A stretch of 64,000 nucleotides of DNA, from assembly GCA_013239625.1 (NCBI GenBank), contig MU054391.1, positions 5,973,824-6,037,823 on the forward strand, written 5' to 3'. The notes below the pieces were generated by a model, which had not been told where the DNA came from, did not search any database, and worked only from the letters and a program-made list of their open reading frames with translations. How positions within the stretch are numbered: the stretch's first letter is position 1; the number at the start of each line of letters is the position of its first letter. Below are positions 46,795 through 57,080 of the stretch, one piece after another. This DNA comes from Lama guanicoe. Its lineage: Eukaryota. A program made the position numbers and the translations under genes.

Positions 46795-47020
46795 TTCTGT
46801 ATCTTGAGAGTGGTGACTATATGAATCTACATATGCGATACAATGACATAGACCTAGGCACACAAGCTGTACCAATGTCAGTTTCCTAGTTTTGATATTT
46901 CGCTATTGTTACATAAGATGTAATCATTGAGGGGACCTGGGTGGGAGGATCCATGGGACCTCTCTGTACTATGTTTGCAAATTTTTATGAGTCTATAATT
47001 ATTTCAAAATGAGAAAATTA
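46795..47020 (+). mobile_element. L1MC-like 3' end nested in the L1 RT fragment
   Basis: TGTACCAATGTCAGTTTCCTAGTTTTGATA...CTCTCTGTACTATGTTTGCAA...TCTATAATTATTTCAAAAT. Flanked by imperfect repeats AAATCAATTGTATTTCA / AAATCAGTCATATTTCA. Confidence 0.7.
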
Positions 47021-47129
47021 AATCAGTCATATTTCAATGCTAGCACTGAATGATTAAAAATTGAATAAAACACTATTTTCAGTAGTTTCCCAAAACATGA
47101 AATACTTAAGTATAAATCTAAATTTGTAA

Positions 47130-47261
47130 GGAGAGGGTATAGCTCAAGCGGTAGAACACATGCTTAGCATGCCCTGGTTCAATCCCCAGTACCTCCTCTA
47201 AAAATACACAGATAAACCTAATTACCCACCCCCCAAAAAAAGACAAGGGGGAAAAAGACAA

Positions 47262-47316
<55 letters not shown>
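47130..47316 (+). mobile_element. Vic-1-type SINE with a small internal deletion and an (AAAT)n tail
   Basis: GGAGAGGGTATAGCTCAAGCGGTAGAACACATGCTTAGCATGCCCTGGTTCAATCCCCAGTACCTCC...ATAAACCTAATTACCC. Confidence 0.9.
47260..47316. repeat. (AATA)~14 tetranucleotide microsatellite in the SINE tail
   Basis: Perfect 57-bp run. Confidence 0.95.
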
Positions 47317-47460
47317 GATTTGCATGTTGGAAACTATAAAACACTCCTGAACAAAATTAAAGACCTAAAAAAAATAATAAAGGAGAACCACACTGTGTTT
47401 GTGAATTGGAAAACTCAATATGCAAGGTAATCTATAAATTCCACACAATCCCAGTCAATA

Positions 47461-47740
47461 TTACTGTAGCCAGAGCCTGAAGACTGGATTAGAAGGAAGC
47501 CAGAGAGGATGTGAGGAGTCCAGGAGGAGAAACCTGGCTGGGAGCTGGAGGTAAATATGGACCAGAATGGCCATGCTGGGGGTGGATGTGGGGAGAAAAC
47601 GGAGCATCTTGAGAGATAATGGAAGTGAGATCAACAGGACTTGATGGAGGGCTTTGCAGAGTAAAAGTGAGGAGGATGTCCATGATGGCACATATCTTGG
47701 TTTCTGCTTCTTCAATTACATGGTCAGAGGTGCCTTTCGG
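47461..47740 (-). mobile_element. L2 fragment
   Basis: ACTGGATTAGAAGGAAGCCAG...GATCAACAGGACTTGATGG...GGTTTCTGCTTC. Confidence 0.55.
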
Positions 47741-49864
47741 GAGCCAGGGTCAGCAGGGGAGGGACACATCAGAGGGCATCACCAGTGGCCAAAGCTGTGT
47801 GCAGCCTGTACCAGTGACCAGCAGCTGGTGTGGATGGGGATAGGCTCAGGAAGGGGCGAGACAGAAAAGGGCCGTGTTCTTAGAGGTGCTGGGGTCCTGC
47901 TCCTGGCTCCCCCTTGGAATGTTACCACTGGAGGTTAAGCTCTTGGAATTCTCAGTTCTTTTCAGTTTTCAAAATTATCTTCTAAACTGCAGGTTCCTGG
48001 TAGGGGCAGCCCCTGAGGCTTTTCCTCTAACACTGCATTGCCTGGGCAGGACCTGCTGCATCTGGACTCGTGTCCTCATACAAGGCACAAACAATAGGGC
48101 CCCCAGACAGATGCTCGGGAGGACAGAGGGCTAGGGGGAGGAAAGGCGGCCAAGAGGGGTCCTGGGGGGGCCATGGCCCCCCACCAATGGCAAGCCCGTG
48201 GCACTGGCGGTGAAGTGCATTCTCCTGAGCAGCTCCCTCTTCTTCCATCCACGGTTCTCCTGGCCCCTTGGAAAGAGCTGGGTTTATTCCCAGGAAGCAG
48301 TGGTTGGCATGGACTGACAGGAGTCCCAAAGCCCCTCTGCGAGGCAGTTTCTGTGGCAACCAGCCACTGGGAGAAAGGGGCCTGTTCCTGGGGGCGGAAA
48401 TTCAGAAACTGTGACCAGAGATAAGACTGCTGGCCCAGAGCATCCACACCCACCATACCCTGGCTACCATGTGGGCTGTGAGGAATCCAGAACCAGCCAT
48501 TATCCCACCCAGCAGGGCTTCACTGGTACCAGCCCCATGTGATGTGGGGATGGTGTGGAGGGTCCAAGAACGAACAGACCACAGCCTTGGCCCGAGGTGC
48601 TCACAGTCGGGTTGGGGGTAGGGGCAGACAAGTACCTGGCAATGACCGGCACAGGTGGATAAGCTCAGTGGGCTACAGAGTCAGGAGGCCAGGGGCGGGG
48701 TGGTGGGGAGATAGGTGGGGTGGGGTGGAGTGGGGGGAAGTGAAAGATGCCTGGAGCAGGGAGGGCAGACCAGGGCTGGGGCCTGAATGGGATCCAAGGC
48801 TAGGGTCCCCCCAAGACCCTGGGATGACAGAGACTAGACCTGGCAAAACTGGGGTCCCCAAGAGAGCACGTCCTCCATGACCACACCCGCAGGACACCAC
48901 CCACCCCATCACGCTTGCAGATACCTACACCACCTTCGGCCTTTGGGCTGCCTGAGAAGAGGCTCTGGATGCAGGGGGACAGCTCCGCTTGCCCCAGAGA
49001 TAAAGAGAAAATGGGGAGTGGGTGTCCCACTCCCAGGAGGACCTGCCATCCACTCTGGCTCTGCTCCAGGTTGGCCTGATCTGAGCTTCGGACTCAGTCT
49101 CTCCTCTGGGCCTTTGAGGTTCACGGTCACGTAATGCAGCCTCTGGCCTCGCTCAGTCTCTGAGCCTCAACTCCTCCTCATTCAAACAGTGACAACACCC
49201 TGGCTTCATGATGTGATGTGGGTCGGGCGAGGCGCTCTGTTAAAGGCTGGCTCATGGCTGTGACCCTTTCTAGCCCAGATGTGTGGGTTTACAGCAGGCT
49301 GGGCTCCACTGGCCCCACCACTTTTCCTGCCTCGCCTGTCCTGTGTTCTTCTCCTGCCCAGCCAGCTTGGGGGACACAGTGACTCCTGAGAACAGGGCTA
49401 CTCAAACCACTGAGAGAGGACACAGCCGAGCTGGCAGTGAGGAGGCCTAGGCGACTCCAGCGAGGGTCAGGGGTCGGACAGGGACTGGGGAGAGCACACC
49501 TGCACCAGGCTCAGGAGGGGGCCAGGGCCACAGTGGCCACTAAGATGGAGCTCAGGAGCCATATCTGGCATTTGGTGTCCCTGGAGGACCAGCCTGATTG
49601 GTCTGACGTGGGCCACATGCTCCATGCCCTTAGCCAGGCTTGAGGAGGGCTCTAGGCTTGGCAGACTCTTTTATGTATTACTTCATTCACTCCTCACAAT
49701 CTGTGAGTAGATACCACTGTTGTCCCCCATGTCACAGTTGGGGAAACTGAGGCAAGGGCCAGTGGGTGGCCGCCAGGAAAGGAGAGCAGCCTGGCTGGCC
49801 CCACTGTGCCCAGGCTCATAGAGTCAGCACGTGTGTGTTGAATGAGTGAGCAAATGTGTTAGAA

Positions 49865-49915
49865 AACCACAACATTGTAAACTGACTATACTTCACTTAA
49901 AAAAAAACAAAACAA
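49865..49915 (+). mobile_element. Extreme 3' end of a lineage-specific L1 with A-tail
   Basis: CACAACATTGTAAACTGACTATACTTCACTTAAAAAAAAAC; reverse-complement match to 19943-19970 and 50098-50125. Confidence 0.7.
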
Positions 49916-50067
49916 GTTCTTTAACAGGTGAGAGATGCTCTGTATGGTCCAGTGCCTGCTGCTTCTCAGACTCACCTCTGCCTTCCCCCTGCCTCCACCT
50001 CCAGCCCCACTGGACTCTCTTAGTGGTCCCTCATGTGTGCCATCTGTTTTGCCTACATAGACTGGGC

Positions 50068-50490
50068 TTTTTTTTTTTTTGGTATTTTTTTCTTTATTGA
50101 AGTGTAGTCAATTTACAAGGTTGTGTCAATTTCCGGTGTACAGCACAATGCTTCAGTGATACATGAACATACATATATTTGTTTCCATATTCTTCTTTAC
50201 CATAAGTTACTACAAGATATTGAATATAGTTCCCTGTGCTCTACAGTAGAAACTTGTTGTTTATCTATTTTATATATAGTAGTTAGTATCTGCAAATCTT
50301 GAACTCCCAATTTATCCCTTCCCATCCCCTTCCCCCACTGGCAACCGCAAGTTTGTTTTCAATATCTGTGAGTCTGTTTCTGTTTTGTAAATAAGCTCTT
50401 TTTTTTTTTTAAGATTCCACATATAAGTGATATCATACGGCATTTTTCTTTCTCTTTCTGGCTTACTTCGCTTAGAATGACATCCTCCAT
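50068..50490 (-). mobile_element. 5'-truncated lineage-specific L1 (ORF2 end plus 3' UTR), inserted in an L2 remnant
   Basis: Encodes MEDVILSEVSQKEKEKCRMISLICGI, close to the element at 10259-10958. Poly-T on the plus strand at 50068-50080. Confidence 0.9.
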
Positions 50491-51579
50491 GTTTTGCATA
50501 CATAATTGTTGTCCAAGTGTTTCCACTACAAAAAGGGCCCTTCCCTTCCTTTTTTGCCTAGTTAATGACACTTATCCTTCAGATCTCTGTTCAGTTGGCA
50601 CTTCCCCTAGGGAGTCTGCTTTGATCTCCCTGATGAGGTCCATTCTCCACTATTGAGTGCACTCATAGTACCACAGGACCTTCATCTATGACACCTGTCA
50701 CAGGAACAACTTCATACTTATTCATGTGATTAATTACGTCTGGCTCCCCCACTGGACCTTAAGTTGCTGTAGGTAAAAGCTTCCCGCTTTCTTGCCCATC
50801 AGTGTATCTCCAACAGTGGACACATGGCAAACATTCACCAAATAATTGCTGAATTTATGAATTCCACCCTGGAAACCCTCTCATGTAAAATTCTAGAATA
50901 TGGAGGCTCACTTCTTTTTCACGTCTGTGAGAATCTTGGTACTTTTGTAGAAGTGAACTGTGAGTCAGTGCTGTCGGAAATAATTGGAAAAAGAATGAAT
51001 TAGGAATTGGGAAAGGGAAGGGAGAAGAACTTAGCAGAGCTGGAGTCGTGGCTTTCTGCAGTGAAGCTTGGGGGAGATAAAGGAAGTCACGGGGAGAGGG
51101 AGTGGGTGGATGGCAGGTGTTTTGGTTTTGAGGGTATCCGAGCAGAGCTGAGACCACCCGGCCCCCGCAGGACTGGGAAAGGAACCACTCAGCGCTGCCA
51201 GATGGGTTAAATAAAGATCAGCAGAGGCCTTTCCCATTTGGAAAATGTACATTCTCAGTGGTGCTGGGACTGCGGTGAGACCCAGGAGGCAGGGATAAAC
51301 AAGTCTGAGTCATAAAATCATTAAGGCGTCCAACATTTGGGTAGACGAACAGACCCAGAACACATGCTACTTGCAACCAAGCCTAATTCTTTTCACAAGA
51401 TTCTCACAGACCCTTCTGGGGAGAGGGATTCTGCAACGCAAGACAGTTGTATGGTGCTTGTCTTTGTTAATTTAAGAAGCGTAAAGGGTTGTTGAGTCAC
51501 TCTGTTTCATGAGCTGCTTTAATATTTAATTTTGGTGAACAAAAATATTTTTATAAGGGTTTTCATGGATTTCCTTGCA

Positions 51580-51960
51580 ACTTTAATCTCCCCTGAGCTG
51601 CAGAGCCATATATCCAACTGCCTATTGGCTGTTTCTGCATCAGTGTCCCCCAAGCCCCTCAAACTCAACTCACCCCCAGCCAACTGCTCCTCCTGCTGTG
51701 CCCCCACCTCAGGATTTAGCCACCTGATGACAGGCCGGAAACCCAAACATCATCCCTGATGCTTGTGCGCCCAGCCCCATCCAACAGATGCCCAAATCCA
51801 GTGCATTCGAACCCCTAACCCCTCTCCAACCCGAGACCTCCTCTCCCACCCACTGCATCCTCCCGCTCAGACGTGTCTCCTCTCCTGCCTGGTTGCCGAC
51901 CTGGTCTCCCCAACTCTGGTCTTGCTCCTCCTGTCCTTCCTCCCCACTGAGAGGAAGGGA
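51580..51960 (+). mobile_element. L2 fragment
   Basis: TCTCCCCTGAGCTGCAGAGCCATATATCCAACTGCCTATTGG...CCCTCAAACTCAAC. Confidence 0.65.
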
Positions 51961-52077
51961 AGGGGCCGCAGGGAGAGAGACCCAAGGAAGCGAGAGATTA
52001 GGCTGGCAAGCTCTGGGGCAGCCTGGTGGTCCCCAAGGCCAGGCCTGCTTGGAGCCGGCTTTATTCTTCAGTCCATG

Positions 52078-52597
52078 TGAGACACGAAGGAAGCGGGCAG
52101 GGCACAACCACTAAAAGAAGGACACAGCAATTAGCACCAAGATGGTGGAAGATTCAACTCCCAGTAGACCTTGAGCCTCATTATATGCTCATTATAATAC
52201 ATTAACTTGTAAATGCCACACCCACATGCGCCATGAAGTTTCCAAGGCCAACCATAAAAGGTCAAAAACTGGGTGATGGCCCAGTTCCTGGGAATCCCAG
52301 CCCCTTCCCCAAAGTGGTTGGAATAATCCTGCCACTTGTTGGCATAAGAAGTTACTGAGCCCGTAAAAATGAACAATCCCGCACCTCATGGTAGCTCTCT
52401 CTTGCCTTCTGAGACGGCCTGCATTCTGTCTACAGAGTGTGTCTCTCCCTGAATAAATGTACCTTCACGCTACCATGGCTCACTCTTGAATTCTTTCCTG
52501 CATGAAGCCAAGGACACTCACTTGGCGGGATGCATCCCAGGGACTCACCTGAGACCTGGGACATGACCATCGTCTCACACTCCATTTTCCTGTATCA
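52078..52597 (+). mobile_element. MER41-like ERV1 solo LTR, copy 2 (520 bp)
   Basis: TGAGACACGA...TGTATCA; TSD CATG/CAGG (one mismatch); collinear with copies 1 and 3; AATAAA at 52452-52457. Confidence 0.85.
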
Positions 52598-52639
52598 CAG
52601 GCCTGGGCGAACCTGCTCTGTTTCACGGTATGGGAAGTC

Positions 52640-53050
52640 ACAGTATTTACTCATTCAATGAATATTTATTGAGCACCTGCTGTATGTTCCAGGCCCCATT
52701 CTGGGCTCTGGGGACAAAGCAGCCAACCATTCAGACAAGATGCTGCCATGCTTGGTCCTGGAGTCGGTAAGTAAATCTACTGTCCTTTTGGATATTGGTA
52801 AGTGGGATAAAGAAAGTGGAGCAGGGGTGGGAGAGAGTGAGCAGGGAGGGAGGCGGGGATGAGTGTCTTAGATGCATGGTGAGGTGGGACCTTTAGTTGA
52901 AAATGTGGGGGAAACAGGCTGGGGGCAGAAGACACAGCAAGTGCAAAGGCCCTGAGACAGGAAAGGAGCGGGAGGGATTGAGAGTGGCTGAAGCTGAGAG
53001 TAGGAGCAGATGAGGCCAGGCAGAAGCAGGGACCATGTCAGGAGTGGCTT
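52640..53050 (-). mobile_element. L2 3' end
   Basis: CATTCAATGAATATTTATTGAGCACCTGCTGTATGTTCCAGGCCCCATTCTGGGC...CAGCAAGTGCAAAGGCCCTGAG. Confidence 0.75.
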
Positions 53051-53214
53051 GCATGCCACTTTACAGAGGCAGCATTACAGAAATTCTGCACCCTGACATA
53101 AATCCCCAACTCCTTCGAGGGATCCCCATGTGGCAGGGTGTCCATCAGAGTGCTGCTGGTGGCCACCTGGTGTCCATCACAGGGTAGACGCATAGGCGAC
53201 ACCTGGCGGACGCA

Positions 53215-54085
53215 CACGGGGTTGGCGGTTTGTCTCCTGTCCTTGGACATCTTCCTTTTCTGGGCTGCGGGGCTGGAAGCCTGTCAACCACGTGTCCCAG
53301 GCTCCCTTGCCAGCCGGGTTCCAACTAGAATTAGCCAACAGGAGGCCGTGGCACCAGATTAGAAGGTGGGTGTGATCGTTAGCTGGGGCTTCTGTGACAG
53401 TACCGCAGATGGGGTAATTCACACACCAGACCTCACAGGCTCCAGGTCTGGAGGCCAGAAGTCCAGGCAGGGCTGGCACCCCCTGTGATCATGAAGGAAG
53501 GGCTCTCCCCTGGCACCTGGTGGTCTGCTGGCATCTTTGATGGTCTTTGGTTTATAAAAGCATCACCCCAATCTCAGCCTTCATCTTCATCTGGTTCTCT
53601 CCCAGAGTATATATCTGTGTCCAAATTTCTCCTTTTAATAAGGACACAGTCTTGGAGTAGGGCCCACCAGTGTGATTTCACCTTAACTAACCACATCTGT
53701 AATGACACTGTTTCTGAATAAGGGCACATTCTCAGGGACTGGAGCTTAGGATTTCAACAAATTTTGCAGGGAAACATGCAGCCACAACCATAGGCAAAAC
53801 TATAAACCCATGGGCTCCCGCTGGCGGCCCTGGGGCAGCAGCGGCCTGGGTCCAGCGGCAGCTGGGTGAGCTCGGCTGTGGCCCCAGCCCCCCGGGCTGG
53901 CCCTTCCCGCTCTGCGCCTCCAGCCTCACAGTGGTAGTGACAACCTGGTCTCTAGTTTACACTCCCTCCCCTTCTCTCCATTACTCCTTCCCACACCTTT
54001 GTCCTGAGCTCCTTGAATTAAATTCCTCTTTGCTTGAAATATTTAGTGAGGTTTCTGTTTCCTGACTGGCCAGTGATTGATACGT
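53215..54085 (+). mobile_element. LTR33-like ERVL LTR, split by an MLT1C insertion
   Basis: 5' part CCCAGGCTCCCTTGCCAGCCGGGTTCC...GCCAACAGGAGGC; 3' part ATTAAATTCCTCTTTGCTTGAAATATTTAGTGAGGTTTCTGTTTCCTGACTGG. Confidence 0.65.
53371..53790 (-). mobile_element. MLT1C-like MaLR solo LTR
   Basis: CTGGAGGCCAGAAGTCC, GCATCACCCCAATCTCAGCCTTCATCTTCA, TAAGGACACAGTC and CACATCTGTAATGACACTGTTTCTGAATAAGG. Confidence 0.75.
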
Positions 54086-54166
54086 ACACCTTGCAGCAGT
54101 TAGAAGTCACAGGCACGACATTCACAAAGCCACATGAATAGATCTAGGATGCAGCCCTGAGCAAGT

Positions 54167-54188
54167 TGTGTGTGTGTGTGTGTGTGTG
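54167..54188. repeat. (TG)11 microsatellite
   Basis: Read directly. Confidence 0.9.
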
Positions 54189-54189
54189 T

Positions 54190-55540
54190 AGATTCTAAAA
54201 TTTTCACGGAAATGCAACGGGCCAAGAAAAATTAGACAATCTTCTAGAGGAGAAATGAAACTAGAGGATTTATATCATCAGATGATATAAGATGTGTCAT
54301 GAGGCCACAGCATTGAGACAACGTGGTAATTACCAAGAATAGACAAATGGATCGATGAGACAGAACAGAGAATCCAGACACAGACTTGCACACGTGGCGT
54401 CACCTGAGTTTTTAGCAAAGGTGAAGGCCTAGTGCAGCAGGAGCAAGGATGATCTTCTCAGTAGAAGGTGTTGGGGTAATTGGATAGCCACACGGAAACA
54501 AGTGAGTTTTGTTTTTTTTTTTCCCAAAAAACAAGTGAGTTTTGATCTCTACTTCAGGCCACACACGAATGCCAATTCCAGATGGATCGTAGATACACAT
54601 TTTCAAAGCAAACCAAAAAGTTTCTAGAAAGAAACATAGGAGATTATCTCCATGTCTCTGGAGTAGGCAAATATCTTAAACAAGACACAAAAAGCACGAA
54701 CCATAAAGAAACAGTGATAAAATGAACTTCGTCAAAATTAAGAAAGTCTGTTCAATGGAGGACACCATGGTGAGAAGGCAAACCAGGGAATGGGAGACTT
54801 CTGACACATGCACATTTGACCTAAGATGTGACATCAGAAGATGTGAAGAACACTTTCAAATCAGTAAGGCTGACAACTCAATAGAAAAATTCAAATACTT
54901 TACAAAAGAGCATAGCCACGTAGGTCATGAACCTGTGAGAACACTCAGCTCTGTTAGTCACTGGGAAATATACATTAAAGCCGCAGTGAGGAACTGCTAC
55001 CCGCCCAAGAGACTGGCTGCAGTTAAAAAGTCAACACTTCCAAGTGCAGAAAGGATGTGGAGTAATCTTGACTCTCCTACACTGCTGGCGGGAGTTTCTG
55101 GCAGCGTTAAGTCCATCTGGATATAAACACCCTCTACGATGCAGCAAGACTACGCCTGGGTGTACATTCAACTACTACGAGCACCTAAGGTCACCGGAAC
55201 ATGGGTGCTTAATGTTCACGGCAGCAGCAGGATGGGAAGTAATCCGGATGTTCACCGGAACCGGTAAGTCAGTTGCGGTATATTTGTGTAACGGAATTAA
55301 CCCACGGCAGTGAGTACCAGGGAGCTACAACTACATGCAACAATGTGGATGATTCCAGTCAAGTTCAAAAACGGGCAATGCTGATCTGTCACGTTAGAAA
55401 CAAGGCTAGCGTTTACCCTCAGAAAGGGGCACAAGGAGAGTTCTGGCAAGGTTTTATTTCTTGATCTGGTGGATGGTTCTAAAGGGTACTCACTCTGTGA
55501 AGATTCACTGAGCTGAACGAAATTTTGTTCTTTACAAACA
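54190..55540 (+). mobile_element. Old L1 ORF2 3' part and 3' UTR
   Basis: GATTCTAAAATTTTCACGGAAATGCAA, GAATAGACAAATGGATCGATGAGACAGAACAGAGAATCCAG and AACTTCGTCAAAATTAAGAA; decayed ORF2-like peptide at 54722-55126. Confidence 0.8.
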
Positions 55541-56769
55541 AAGAAATTACACCTTGCAGTTTATGCTCTGTTAAACTCTTCTAAATTTTATACACAAAAT
55601 AAAACATCAAGTGGTTGCCTGAGTGACAGAATTGAAGTAACTGAAAATCACCCAGGTCCACCCCACACCAGGAGCCTTGCACACACACACGTGGACCCCC
55701 AGCCAGCACATCCAAGCTCTGTCCCCACCCTTCCCGTCTGGGCAGGGAATCCCCATGCCCTGGGTGCCCAGGGGTTGGTCTGGAAGGGGGTAGGGGGCAC
55801 AGTCTCTGAGGAAGTAGTCCCCTCAGCCCTGCATGGCTGGAGGAGGCCCATAGTGGAAGCGTCCCTGGCTGCCTGGGTCCAGGGGCAGTCGGGAGGGCCA
55901 CCAGGCTGGTGACCTGGGATTGCTGGCCTGGGAACAATACAGCACTAATTTTGTTTCCTAGAGTGCGGCCCCTCAAAGGAGCGCGTAGAACAGGGAGACA
56001 GCACCTCCCTGGAAGAGCTCTGGCTGGGAGTTGGCCCTGTCCGGGAGGGGCTGTGCATCCAAATGCAGGCGTGCTGGCCAGGCCATCCTGGCTCTTCCTG
56101 CTTGGGAGGCTGGTGAACACCCTCGGCCGTTGTGGCAGAAGGCGGTGTCTGGTCCAGCGCAGGCCGCTGCGGGGTCTCCACGGCCCTCTGCCTCTCACCA
56201 GGACACGTGGCCTTGAGCTTCAGGTCCTCGTCACTTATCACAGATAGTTGTTAGTCTTTGCTCATGTGTGGGGTCCAACCCAGAGTCCCCAGGGCAGGGC
56301 TGGTTCCCATGTGGCCTCTTTGCTGCAGGGCCCAGGAAGAAGTAGTTCCTCTTAGCAAGAAGATGCACATTCCGCTTGGGACCCAAGTGGAAAGAGAGCC
56401 CCTCGCTGTGCGGCAACAGGCCAGGGCCCTTTCAGAGCCTGGGATAACGATTCCCCAGAGACACCACACGGCTGGAAGACAGGGAACAGTACGGGAAAAG
56501 GGAGGAGAGAAGACAGAGAAAACAGACCGGCTGGACAGGACACTCAGTCAGCTGGGCCAGGGAACAGTTTCATGCTGAACAATAAATGTTGCATGTAATT
56601 GAAACCTCTGATAATTCTCTAAGAACTCATCGATCTCTGAGCAATCTGGGGCAGTATACTTATTTTCTTTGAGCTTTGGTTTCCTCATCTGTCAGAAGAA
56701 GTTTGTAAGACCGCTGCCTTGCTCCACTGTTACTGGGAAAGTTCTCTGGGGGGAAAAAACCAACCAATG

Positions 56770-57080
56770 CAAAGATACACAATGTTTCTTATCTCTACAG
56801 AAACACTTCCAAATGTGCTCTGTGACCTGTGCCTCCATATATTCATAAATCTTAATAATTTAAAAAAATTTCCTCAGTTAATTAAGTTCATGAAATACCA
56901 GAACTTTGTTCCTACAAAGCTAAGCCGGGTTCCTTACGGCAGGACTTCTCAGGGCCTTTAGAATGTTCATATGCCCTATAAATGTCGAGGAGAGAGGTGT
57001 GCTGCGTGGTGTATCTTAGGGACATTTATCCAAAGAGGTTGGGGACGGGGTGGGGCGCGTTCACATGTGTGAGTGTTACG
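56770..57080. mobile_element. Probable hAT-Charlie relic (MER103/Charlie-like)
   Basis: GGACTTCTCAGGGCCTTTAGAATGTTCATATGCCCTATAAAT resembles Charlie-family consensus. Confidence 0.4.

Larger units (their letters stand above)
46310..47460 (+). mobile_element. Decayed L1 ORF2 reverse-transcriptase region, interrupted by two later insertions
   Basis: Translates to INVIYHINRLKK...HMIISID and MINTLSKLVIEENFHNLIKGTYKNPTAN...RQGCWLSSLLFSIKLEVLANAI (L1 RT motifs), with stops and frameshifts. Confidence 0.88.
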
